Positions 12,646 to 24,125 of a stretch of DNA of 64,000 nucleotides are shown piece after piece. The DNA is from Squalus acanthias (Eukaryota). The stretch covers positions 7,006,001 to 7,070,000 of the forward strand of contig CM059453.1 of the NCBI GenBank assembly GCA_030390025.1, in the 5' to 3' direction. Position numbers and translations under genes: made by a program. How positions within the stretch are numbered: the first letter of the stretch is position 1; each line of letters starts with the position of its first letter. Below the pieces are notes generated by a model. It did not search any database. It saw nothing but the letters and a program-made list of their open reading frames with translations, and was not told where the DNA came from.

Positions 12646-13366
12646 GGCACAGAATTACCGAGAACACGTACGCACTGTGTACTGTGTACTCACCCGCAAG
12701 GCCTCCTGAAGTGCCGGTTTCCTGCATGCACTGCGCATGCGTGGGAAACCGGCACTTCCGGTATGGCGAAGGGGGCGTTTCCTAGGTGAACCGCGTGCGC
12801 ACTAAAGGCTGCGCGCACGCAGCACATTTAGGTTTTTTTTCAGGTTTCAATGCGAGGGTAAGTATGGAAGATTCAACACAAGTAAAAAGGAGGCGTAAGA
12901 CCCCTTTTGAACAAGGTAAGTAGTTAATTAAGTATAATTTTAAAGAAAGGTAAGTTTATTATTATAACTTTTAAAAAGAATTCAAATTTTTTCAAAAATT
13001 TAAATTTTTGTTTAAAGTGCTTAATTTATTTAACTATAGTTATTTTATTAATGTGATGGATTTTTTAAAATTTATTTGAGGTTTAGCTGTTCTTTTGGGG
13101 CCGATTTCAATTCACAGATTTGACATCCTTTCAAATCTATGAATTAAAGATGGTCTGCTGCCATTGGCTCTCCATGGCCCACGTGATCCCAGGGATCGCA
13201 TCGCACTAACTGCGCCCCTGGGACACGCAAGCACTGCGCGCCGGCACTAGGGAAAGGCCCAGGACCCGAAGTTCCTGTGGGCCCGAAACACAACGGCAGG
13301 CGTGGTAGGTAAGAGCGCGCGCGATCCTTACCCCCGCGGCAAGCCGGCCACCCGAATTTCTAGGCC
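12646..13366 (+). mobile_element. MITE (non-autonomous DNA transposon), copy 1
   Basis: Ends GGCACAGAATT...AATTTCTAGGCC; GC-rich subtermini, AT-rich centre; no transposase ORF. Confidence 0.8.
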
Positions 13367-13378
13367 ATTGTTTTGGGC

Positions 13379-14040
13379 AGTTTATATGTAGAATAACGGA
13401 TACCCGGGAGTCAGATACAGGCTGTAATCTAATCGAGGAGTTCGGGTGAGGGCGGGGTTATATAAAGAATAACAGAAAACTGGGTGTGAGTTACAGCTCT
13501 GAATATAATCGAGGGGTTTCAGTGTGGTTTGTATATAGAATAACAGCTACCCGGGAGTGAGTTACAGGCTGGAATCGAATCGAGGGGTTTGGGGGAGGGT
13601 TTATATATAGAATAACAGTTACCCGGGAGTGATTTACAGGATGAAATCTAATCGAGGAGTTCGGGAGTGGGTCGGCGTTATATAAATAATTACAGATAAC
13701 TGGGAGTGAGTTACAGGCTGGAATCTAATCGAGGGGATTCAGTTTGGTCTGTATATAGAATAACAGATACCCAGGAGCGAGTTACAGGCTGGAATCTAAT
13801 CGAGGGGTTCGGGGGAGGGTTTATATATTGAATAACCGACAGTGGGGAATTAGTTCAAAATTGGAATCTAATCGAGGGTTTCGTGTGTTTTACATACAGA
13901 ATAACAGAAACCCGGGAGTGAGTTACAGGCTGGAATCTAATCGAGGGGTTCGGGTGGTTTATATATTGAATAACGGATACTCGGGGTGTGTGTTACAGGC
14001 AGGAATCTAATCGAGGGGTCCGGGCGGTTTATATATAGAA
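13379..14040. repeat. Minisatellite, ~9 units of 69-77 bp
   Basis: Core TATATAGAATAACAGATACCCGGGAGTGAGTTACAGGCTGGAATCTAATCGAGGGGTTCG. AATCGAGG occurs at 13431, 13507, 13578, 13650, 13727, 13798, 13870, 13939, 14009. Confidence 0.92.
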
Positions 14041-14370
14041 AGTGCTACGCAACCAATTGATTAATTATGTTCTAATTCCCTCGCTCGTTTATATCCGAGC
14101 TAACAAATGAGTTTCTGAGGGTGAAGTCTGGGCCAGGTGTAAGCTGGACCCATGCTTCAATCGCAGGTCTCTGCAAGGCTTGCAGCTGCCACACTATGAA
14201 TGACATCGACGCTAAATGGAATGAAACAGCCAGTGATCCAATTCCTGATCACTGCTGAGTGAGCCGTTCGCAACGCGTCACTGGGCCTGAATCTTAACTG
14301 GGTCAGCCCAGGGCCAGGCACAACTGTGTGCACGGAGCCCACTGGCAGTCAGTGCGCTTGAGTTAACAAT

Positions 14371-15130
14371 GGCCTAGAAATTCGCGTGACCGGCTTGCCG
14401 CGGTGGTAAGGATCGCGCGCGCTCTTACCCACCGCGCCTGCCGTTGTGTTTTGGGCCCACAGGAACTTCGGGTCCCGGGCCTCACCCAAGAGCCAGCGCG
14501 CAGTGCTTGCGTGTTCCAGGGGCGCAGTTAGTGCGATGCGACCCCTGGGATCATGTGGGCCATGGAGAGCCAATGGCAGCAGACGATCTTTCATTCATAG
14601 ATTTGACAGGAGAGCTGTCAAATCTGTGAATTGAAATCGGCCCCAAAAGAACAGCTAAACTTCAAATAAATTTAAAAAAAACATCACATTTATAAAATAA
14701 CTATATTTAAATAAATTAAACACTTTAAACAAAAATTTTAATTTTGAAAAAGTTAAAATACTTTTTTAAAGTTATGTAAATAAACTTACCTTTCATTAAA
14801 GTATCTTAAAAAGATAAACCTGTTGAAAAAAAATTAAAATTATCCTTAATTACCTACTTGCCTTGTACAAAAGAGGTCTTACGCCTCCTTTTTACTAGCG
14901 TAGAATCTTCAATACTTACCTTCGCATTGAAAGCTGAAAAAAAATTAAGTGTGCTGCGTGCGCGCAGCCTCTAGCGCGCACGCTGTTCACCTAGGAACCG
15001 CCCCCTTCACGCGACCGGATGTTCCGGTTTCCCGCGCATGCGCAGTGCATGCAGGAAACCGGCACTTCGGGAATGAATGCGGGTGAGTACGGACTGTGTA
15101 CTCACCCGGGAACGGACGAATTTTTGTGGC
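14371..15130 (-). mobile_element. MITE copy 2 (inverted relative to copy 1)
   Basis: aat|GGCCTAGAAATTCG...GAATTTTTGTGGC|aac. Confidence 0.8.
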
Positions 15131-15469
15131 AACTGGATCCAAGAGAACAATTGAACCGTGCGCAAGCCAAAGGAGAAATTATTCGCAGGCGCTAGCCTAA
15201 AACTGGCGTTATCGCATCGCAGGGAATTAAATAGTAAGATGGGCATAGAACAGGCGGCCGTTCCGTTTTGCGCTTCCGTCCAATACAAATCCCACTCCAA
15301 CGGTTCTGAAACGGAAGGATACATTGGGAACTGACAAGAACAGACAGTTAGTGAGAAGAAGCATTAGATCTCCCGTGTACTGACAGTGTGTCATGGGATT
15401 AAATACAGTGGCTACACCGCGCCACCTACTGGCCATAGCCAGAAACTGCACAATCATCCGAATTCGCCA

Positions 15470-17220
15470 GGGGCAGAAATTCGTCAGTTGTCGGGTGAGT
15501 CCGCACTGTGCACTCACCCCTGGACTGAACGAAAGTGCCGGTTTCTTTCATGCACTGCGCATGCGCGGGAAACCGGCACTTCCGTTCCCCTGAGCAAAGG
15601 GGTTTAGATGTCGAACGGCCACGCCGGAGGGCCAGCGCGTTCGCCTCGCATTTCGGGGTTTTTTTGCAGGTGCCTCCGTGAAGGTAAGCACGGAGAAGAT
15701 ACACATTGGCCTAGAAATTCGGGTGGCCGGTTTGCCGCGGGGGTAAGGATCGTGCGCGCTCTTACCTACCGCGCCTGCCGTTGTGTTTCGGGCCCACAGG
15801 AACTTCGGGTCCTGGGCCTTTCCCTAGTGCCGGCGCGCAGTGCTTGCGTGTCCCAGGGGCGCAGTTAGTGCGATGCGATCCCTGGGATCACGTGGGCCAT
15901 GGAGAGCCAATGGCAGCAGACCATCTTTCATAGATTTGACAGGATGTCAAATCTGTGAATTGCAATCGGCCCCAAAAGAACAGCTAAACCTGAAATAAAT
16001 TTAAAAAAATCCATCACATTAATAAAATAACTATAGTTAATTAAATTAATCACTTTAAACAAAAATTTAAATTTTTGAAAACATTTAAATTCTTTTTAAA
16101 AGTTATAAAAATAGGCCCAAAAATTCGGCCGAATACGGGAGAGTACCCGCTGCGTGCTCAATCGTATTAGTTCCCGAAGTGCCGGTTTCCTGCATGCACT
16201 GCTCATGCACGGGAAACCGGCACTTCCGGTATGGTGTGTGGGGCGGTTCCTAGGTGAACCGCGTGCGCACTAAAGGCTACGCGCACGCAGCACACATAGG
16301 TTTTTTTTCAGGTTTCAACGCGAGGGTAAGTATGGAAGATTCTACACAAGTAAAAAGGAGGCGTAAGACCCCTTTTGAACAAGGTAAGTAGTTAATTAAG
16401 TATAATTTTAAATTTTTTTAACAGAATTATCTTTTTTAGAGATTTTAAAGAAAGGTAAGTTTATGGCCCAGAAATTGAAGTTCGATGGTTGCCGCGGGGG
16501 TAAGGATCCCCCGCGATATCGCACTCCGCGCCTGCCTTTATAGTTTTGGCCCACACGAACTTCAGTTCCTGGGCCTCTCCCTGGTGCCGGCGCGCAGTGT
16601 GTGCGTGTCCCAGAGGCGCAGTTACTGCGATGCGACCTCTGGGATCACGTGGGCCAGTTAGAGCCAATGGCAGCACACCATCTTTCATTCATAGTTTTGA
16701 CAGGAAGAAAATTATGAATACAACAAGCCCCCAAAAGAACAGCTAAACCTCAGTTAAACTTTAAAAAAGCCATCACATTAATAAAATAACTATAGTTAAA
16801 TAAATTAACCACTTTAAACAAAAATTTAAATTTTTGAAAAAATTTAAATACTTTTTAAAAGTTATAAAAATAAACTTACCTTTCTTTAAAGTCTCTAAAA
16901 AAGATAAACCTGTTGAAAAAAATTTAAAATAATACTTAATTAAATACTTACCTTGTTAAAAGGGGGTTTTACGACTGCTTTCTTCATGTGTAAAATCTTC
17001 AACACTTACCTGCGCGTTCAAACCTGAAAAAAAACGAAGTGTGCTGCGTGCGCGCAACCTATAGCGCGCACACAGTTCACTGAGGAACCGCCCCCTTCGC
17101 AATATACGAAGTGCCGGTTTCCCACGCATGCGCAGTGCATGCAGGAAACCGCCACTTCGGGACCTAATACGCGAGAGTACACAGTGCGTAATCTCCCGTA
17201 TTAGGTCTAATTTTTGTGCC
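15470..17220. mobile_element. Nested MITE stack: 15470-15707 (+, partial), 15708-16113 (-, partial), 16114-16464 (+, partial), 16465-17220 (-, full)
   Basis: Four terminal inverted repeat (TIR) starts: GGGGCAGAAATTC, GGCCTAGAAATTC, GGCCCAAAAATTC, GGCCCAGAAATTG. The last copy is flanked by TAT/TAT. Confidence 0.8.
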
Positions 17221-17544
17221 TATGTGTTTAGAATTTTAACCGCAAGAGATAATATAGTCGGGGAGTATTCATTAGTCTGGTTAATGTGAATAATGACATT
17301 GGGAAGCTTTTATTTAGAACGACTCATTTCAAAATAAGTCCAGACCAGAGAAAATGTTCATGATGCCATTTACCCGATCATTGCACACAATGGCCACTGC
17401 AACATTTCCCTGTTCCTGAGGTGAAGAGGCCATTCAACCCTTTAAGAACACCGTCAAACCAGTTCCTATTACATCTGTTTAACTTTGGATGTGCCTGTAA
17501 TGTGATCCCAGACAATGATCTAAACATTCCATCTCCTCACTTAC

Positions 17545-17630
17545 CTTAGTTCAGTGGGTTGTGCAACACACAGTTAATCACTGCACCCTTGTCTGTAGGA
17601 GAGACCCCAACAGGGACATTTACCTTCTTC
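17545..17630 (-). CDS. Gene C cytoplasmic exon, short tyrosine-free tail
   Basis: tttctgtttcag|GAAGAAG...: (R)KKVNVPVGVSPTDKGAVINCVLHNPLN*, then G|GTAAGT. Homologous to cytoplasmic exon 1 of A/B. Confidence 0.7.
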
Positions 17631-18426
17631 CTGAAACAGAAAATACAAATGATTCACGTCTCCTAATTACAGTTAATTCGCTTCACTACAGCGCCCAGTG
17701 TCCCTTTGTTGAACAACAGGGGGCGCACTATACTAAATCGTTCTTGTTACTGTTTCCTGATTGGCTGCGACCAGATTAAATTCCCGTTTCTTTTCTATCT
17801 CTACACTTTCCTAATTCCAAAGCAAGCATTCTCTCTATCTGATGAAGCTGGTTATATCTATCTTGACCTGTTTGACAAATTCAGTGTTCACGAAACATTT
17901 TATGGATGGTAAGCGAGCGGCGTCTACTATTGCAGAATAACCAAAGCAATTTCCGCCAAGTCTTAAAAATGCACCGGATTTGCCCTTTCGTGTCCAGCAA
18001 TGGTTCTGTGGAGCATTTTATGACCTCCTGAGTCGTGAGGTCTTCCGCCAATATGGCCACGGGAGCTTTGAGCTGCCAAACCGTGTTCAGCTTAAATTGT
18101 CTGGTATGAAATACGGCGCCTCCGCTCAAGTGACAGGCTAGATTCTGCACCCAAGTTCTGCACTGGCCCTTGATGTACAATCTTTGAACTAAGAAGTGAA
18201 AGGCCAGACATGGGACGCTGAACTTCTGACATTCCCCTACTTTCCCCTCACAAGACACCTGAACTCCAGCAAGCCTTCCCTTTACAACTCTTAGCTGAGT
18301 TTCAGGGTCAATGATATCTGGGGTTAATTACATTAAGCAATATTTGCTCATGGGCGGAAATCCTAAAGTCACGTCCTTTTGAAATCTGTCTTATTAAAGC
18401 ACGAGTATAAGTAATATGAACCATAC

Positions 18427-18521
18427 CTGTGTGAATCAATCTCTATCGTCACCAAGACAATGATGCCAATCAGAATTAGAACTGAGACGGCGGCTCTGAT
18501 TGACAATTCTCCGAAATGATC
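18427..18521 (-). CDS. Gene C TM exon with Arg (activating type); 95 nt, out of phase by +1 with the upstream exon
   Basis: atattttag|GATCATTTC...CACAG|GTATGG. The hydrophobic frame reads DHFGELSIRAAVSVLILIGIIVLVTIEIDSHR. In phase 1 it reads GSFRRIVNQSRRLSSNSDWHHCLGDDRD* (stop 18436-18438). Confidence 0.7.
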
Positions 18522-18614
18522 CTAAAATATTTTAAAACACCGTGCTCTTCATTATTGCTCTAATATTATACCAAGAGTGAAGATGGCATCTAACAGCATG
18601 TAGGGGAAGCTGTT

Positions 18615-18860
18615 AAGAACAAAATGAACTTGTTTTTATATAGCGCTTTTGCCAACGTCTCAAAGCACTTTACAGCCAATGAAGTACTTTTGAAGTGTAG
18701 TCACCGTTGTAATATAGGGAACGTGGCCGCAAAATTGCGCACAGCAAGCTCCCACAAACAGCCATAAGGTAAATCAGCAGATAAATCTGTTTCTGTGTTA
18801 TTGGTTGAGGGATAAATATTGGTCAGGGCACCAGAGAGAACTCCCCTGCTCTACTTCAAA
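18615..18860 (-). mobile_element. SacSINE1-like 3' fragment
   Basis: Matches the tail portion of 55720-55960. Confidence 0.7.
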
Positions 18861-19500
18861 AGATTAAATATCACAGTCTCCCTGAGAGACTTCATCAATA
18901 CACGCCGCATACTCGGATCTGCTCGCTTGCTATCCGATATTTTACTTCAGTCTATAATTTGCTCTTTCAGTTATCGAAGTTATCCTGGCTCCATTGTCAG
19001 TGTTATTGCACTGTATAGTTCTTTCAGAATATCTTCAGGACAACAAAACCGGCAGTCGGCTGAAATATCTGTGAAAAAATGTTGAACTGATCGACTGTAC
19101 CCCAGTAACGTTACAATGAGAGGAAACATGATTTCAAGAAGTGTGTCAGTAAGTCAGAAGGGTCTATTTTATTAAAGATCACACGCTGCTTCTAGTGTTT
19201 TATATTATCCCTCCTATCTTCACAAAAACAAGGCGACAATAATCAAATTCAGATACCGAAGTATAAACTTTACATGAATTATTCCCATCGTAACTTTCCG
19301 TGAGTTAGCGCTCAGTCATGAACCTGTCCCAAACACTACTGAAAATAAAATTGGATTAATTCCTACTTTAGAGATAAGAATGTTTTTTTCAGGTCAGTGG
19401 AACTGGTACTTGCTGACACTAACACCGTTCAGTTAGTCACTTACAGGTGATGGACCGAACCGTCTGCAGTAATTAAATTACAGGAAAATGCAATATATAC

Positions 19501-19788
19501 CTTCAGATTGGAGCTGGTATTTTCCGACAGTAACGCCATGCTCGCTTACTCCAAAACATAAGATCAGGTGTCCAGTTCCAGTCGGGTGAGTCAGTGTCAG
19601 GGAGCTCTGCACCAGGTGACTATTCCACTCCGAGGAGGGGATATTGATTTCTGAACTGTTCGCTGTGATGTTTCCCCCATTGATGCCCCAGGTGATGTTT
19701 GCTGGGGGGTTGGCTCTGACACTGCAGGTACAATGAATCCCATTGTCGGGACTGGTGCAGGTCAGACCTGATACTATTGTGGGTTTAT
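19501..19788 (-). CDS. Gene C C2c exon
   Basis: 288 nt, AG/GT intact: KPTIVSGLTCTSPDNGIHCTCSVRANPPANITW...LILCFGVSEHGVTVGKYQLQSE (ORF 19478..19825). Confidence 0.88.
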
Positions 19789-20254
19789 CTAAAAAAAAGT
19801 GAAGCCAGCTTGAGATAGTTTCCATACAGCAGTTTGCAGTGTCTAAATAGAACCAAATCGGCGTTTAGATTAAGCAGAGAGACCACTGCACATAACGAGT
19901 TTGATTAGAACCAGTTCATGTTGTATTCATTTAATGCTTCATCAGACTTTCCTTTCCCCTAATTTCTAGCAAGGCAATAACTCAGGTATGAAATTGCATC
20001 GAGCCAATGAGGAGTCAATTAATCCATATATTTCCTGGAGCAACATGTCTGATGAGAGGGTTGTCCTATGTTAAGAGATGGAGTAGATTGGGCCTATACA
20101 CTCCGCAGTTTCGAAGAATGAATGATTATCTCATTGACACATTTAAGATTCTGAGGGGGATTGACAGGGTAGATGCTGAGAGGCTGTTTTCCCTCGTGGG
20201 TGAATCTAGAACTAGGGGGCATAGTCTCAGGATGAGGGATCGGCCATTTAGAAC

Positions 20255-21930
20255 AGCGGCAGCGGCGAGCCTCCGATTCCAAAACAACAATAAAATCAGA
20301 GTGACGTCACAGGAGAGCAGGTAGTTGATTGGTTGGTGAATATTTCAGCTCTTTTTTGCTCTCGAAGTTTGGGAAGGCATTAAATTAAGAGCTGAGAAAC
20401 TCTAACTTCCAATACTTATTAAATTGTTAACTTATACTCGATCAAATAATCAAACAATAAAACTAAAATATCGATTGAATAAAAGCTTTCACTAATGAAT
20501 TAATGAACAAAACAAGGTCAGAGATGACGGGGCAGCTTGTGTGTCGCAACTGCAGCATGTGGGCTTCTCTGGAGTGCATCGCGATTCTGACCAACCACAT
20601 CTGCAGTATGTGTCTGCAACTCGAGGAACTTTATCTCAGAGTTGTTGAGCTGGAGTACGAGCTGCAGACATTGCAATGCATCAGGGAGGGGTAGAGTTAA
20701 CTTGGCACTTTGTTCCAGATGGCAGCAACACCCTTTCGGTTTAGTACTACTTTAGAGTTCGTCAGTGGTCAGGGAAAGGAAGTTATGACTGCGAGTCAGG
20801 AAGGTATGGGGACCCAGCATGTAGTGGTGGATGAGCCTCAGCCCTGGACCTTGTCCAATAGGTACGAGGTACTTGCTACCTGTATGGATGAGGAAAAGGA
20901 CTGCGGGGAGAATGGGCAAACTGACCACGGACTGTGGTACAGGGGGCCATCCAAGTGGGGGGAGAAGGAAGGAATGTGGTAGTATTAGGGGACAATATAG
21001 TCAGGGGGATAGATACTGTTCCCTGCAGCTGTGAAAGGGAGTCCCGAAGGCTGTGTTGCCTGCCTGATACCAGGGTTAAGGATATCTCCACGCGGCTGGA
21101 GAACAATTAGGAGTGGGAGGGGGAGGATCCAGTTGTCGTGGTCCATGTAGGAAACAGCGACATAGGTAGAACAAAGAATTAGTTTCTGCTGAAGGAATTC
21201 GAGGTGCTGGGGTCTAAGTTGTTAAGCACATCCTCAAGGGTAATAATGTCTGGTTTACTACCTGAGCCACGTTCAAATTGGCATAGGGTCAAGCAGATCG
21301 GAAACGTAAATGCTTGACTCAGAATGTGGTGTGGGAAGAAGGGATATCAATTCATGGGGCACTGGCATCAGTACTGGGGAAAGAGGGAGCTGTTCCCTCG
21401 GGAAGGGCTCCATCTAAACCGGGCTGGGAGAAGCGTCTTGACTAGGGCTGTAGATAGGGCTTTAAACTCAATAAGGGGGAGGGGTCAGGTGAAGGGAAAT
21501 TTAGAAATCTAAAAAGAAACGTCAAGGCAATAGAGCAGTGTAGTGATTTGGGTAAATATAAGCAGAGTGTGACAGGAAGGGACAGAGAGTTTAACCGGAG
21601 AAGTGCAGCAGAGAATAAGGTCAAAGCAGGGAATAATGTAAAAAAAAATTAAAGGCTCTTTATCTGAAAGCACGAAGCATTCGTAACAAGATGGACGAAC
21701 TAGTGGCACAAATAGAGATAAATGGGTTTGATCTAATAGCCATTACAGAGACGTGGTTGCAAGGTGATCAAGGTTGGGAACTAAATATTCCAGGATACTT
21801 GACGTTTCAAAAAGACTGATGGAATGGGAAAGGAGGGGGAGTAGCCCTGATTATAAAGGATAACATATGGACAGTAGAGAAAAATGATCTCGGCTCGGAA
21901 GATGAGGAAATAGAATCAGTATGCGTGGAG
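20255..21930 (+). mobile_element. CR1 5' region: decayed ORF1 (Zn-finger/coiled coil plus SGNH esterase) and start of ORF2 endonuclease
   Basis: CxxC..CxxC-LQLEEL.LRV.ELE; VLGDNIVRGID; CCLP..RVKDI; VVVHVG; GLHLN; then ARSIRNK.DEL, IAITETW, GGGVAL. Confidence 0.85.
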
Positions 21931-21949
21931 AAAGGAGTTTAGAAAAATA

Positions 21950-22620
21950 ACAGGTGATCTAATTGAAATAAAGAAGTATCTGAAGGGGAAAGACAGGGCA
22001 GAAGCTGAGAGGATGTTTCGCCCAGGCTGGTGTGTCTAGAACCGGGGGTCATAGTCTCAGGATAAGGGGTAGGCGATTTACGACTTAGATGAGGAGACAT
22101 TTCTTCACTCAGAGGGTTGTGAATCTTTGGAATTCCCTGCCCTAGAGGGCTGTGAATGCTTAGTCTTTGAGTATGTATAAAAGGCAGAGACAGGTAGATT
22201 TTTGTACTCTAGGGGAATCAAGGGATATGGAGATCGGGCGGGAAAGTGGAGTTGAGGTCTATGATCAGCCATGATTTATTTAATGGTTGAGCAGGCTCGA
22301 GGGGCTGTATAACCTACTCCTGCTGCTATTTCTCATGTTCATATCTTCTTCTGACTGAGATGAGGAAGAATCTCATCACTCAGAGGGTTGTTAATATATT
22401 GAATTTTCCACCCCAAAGCGCTGTGGATGCTGAGTCGTTGATTATAGTCAAGGATGAGATAGATAGATTTTTGGACTCCAGGGAGAGTAAGGGATATGGG
22501 GATCGGGCGGGAACGTGGAGTTGATGTCAAAGGTCAGCCATGACCTGAATGAATGGCGGAGCAGGCTCGAGGAGCCGAATGGCCTACTCCTGCTCCTAAT
22601 TCTTATGTTCTTATGCTGTT
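21950..22620 (+). mobile_element. Two tandem CR1 3' ends
   Basis: Repeated ttcactcagagggttgtg...ggctcgaggg...ttcttatg. Confidence 0.8.
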
Positions 22621-22764
22621 ATGTTGTGAGGATTTCCGACTTACAATCTTGTAAACAAACCTGGCTAAATACTCCAAAATGTAATTTCTGCTAAACATTT
22701 CCAGAACTTCTGATCAGTTTTTTCTTTATCTATTTTTGTGATGGACTGAAATGTTCCTGCACTT

Positions 22765-23810
22765 CAGTGTTTTTGTGACTGGAAGGCTGTTTCCAGTGGG
22801 ATTCCGCAAGGCTCAGTACTGGGTCCTTTGCTTTTTGTGATATGTATCAATGATTTGGACTTGTATGTAGGAAGTATGACTAAGAAGTTTGCAGATGATA
22901 CAAAAACTGGCCGTGTGGTTGAGAATGAAGAAGAAAGCGGTGGACTGCAAGAAGATATCAATGGACTGGTCAGGTGGGCAGATCAGTGGCAAATGGACTT
23001 CATTCTGGAGAAGTGTGAGATAATGCATTTGGGGAGGGCTAACAAGGCAAGGGAATACACTATAAATGGTAGGACACTGAGACGTGCAGATGATCAGACG
23101 GACCTTGGAGTGCATGTCCACAGATCCCTGAAGGCAGCAGGGCAGTTTGATTAGGTGGTTAAGAATGCATACGGGATACTTGCCTTTATTAGCCGAGGCA
23201 TAGAATATAATTGCAGGGAGGTAATGCTTGAACTGTATAAAACACTAGTTAGGCCGCAGCTAGAATATTGCATGCAGTTCTGGTCACCACATTACAGGAA
23301 GGATGTGACTGCACTGGAGGGGATGCAGAGGAGATTTACGAGGATTTTGCCTGGGCTGGCGAATTTTAGCTATGAGGAAAGATTGGATAGGCTGGGGTTG
23401 TTTTCTTTGGAACAGAGGAGGCTGAGTGGAGACCTAATTGAGGTATATAAACTTATGAGGGTGCTAAATAAAGTGGATAGGAAGGACCCATTTCCCTTAG
23501 CAGTAGGGTCAATAACCAAGGGCGTAGATTTAAAGTAATTGGTCGGAGATTGAGAGGGGATTTGAGGAGATTTTTTCCCCCTAGAGGGTGGTGGGGTTCT
23601 AGAGCTCACTGCCTGAAAAGATGTTCGAAGCAGAGACACTCATCACATTTAAAAAGTACTTGGATATGCAATTGAAGTGCTGTAACCTACAAGGCTACGG
23701 ACCAAGAGCTGGAAAGTGGGATTAGGCTGGATAGCTCTTTGTCGGCCTGCACGGACTAGATGGGCCGAATGGTTTCCTTTTGTGCTGTAAATTTATATCA
23801 TTCTATGATT
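22765..23810 (+). mobile_element. CR1 RT C-half and 3' end
   Basis: IPQGSVLGP, KFADDTK, LYKTLVRPQLEYC.QFWSP. Confidence 0.9.
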
Positions 23811-24125
23811 CAGCGCCACTGGGATCAGTCCGCCAGACAGAAAATCTGGCGTTGCACATCTCACATATTTATTCAGTTGGTTTTAGCCAATCAGAGATGC
23901 ATTCTACCTGGAGTTGTGTATCGGGGTCTCCAGTTGGTTTTTAACATTGTCTTTTAATCAATGAATTTGGTTCAAGAACCCTTCTTCTACTGACATTTCT
24001 GGCAATATTACTGACGGATTTTGAGACAGTTGTATAAACACTGGGGGAAAAAAACACCGATTCCTAATCACTGTAAGATGGATTTATGTCCCAATATACA
24101 TTTGATAGGTTGGCACAGCAGTTAC

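Noticed and set aside
13379-14040. CRISPR-like regular repeats
   Set aside because: Eukaryotic DNA; the units are homologous along their full length with no unique spacers and no cas genes.
14349-16746. GC-rich short ORFs in the MITEs
   Set aside because: No transposase motifs; frames are not conserved among copies.
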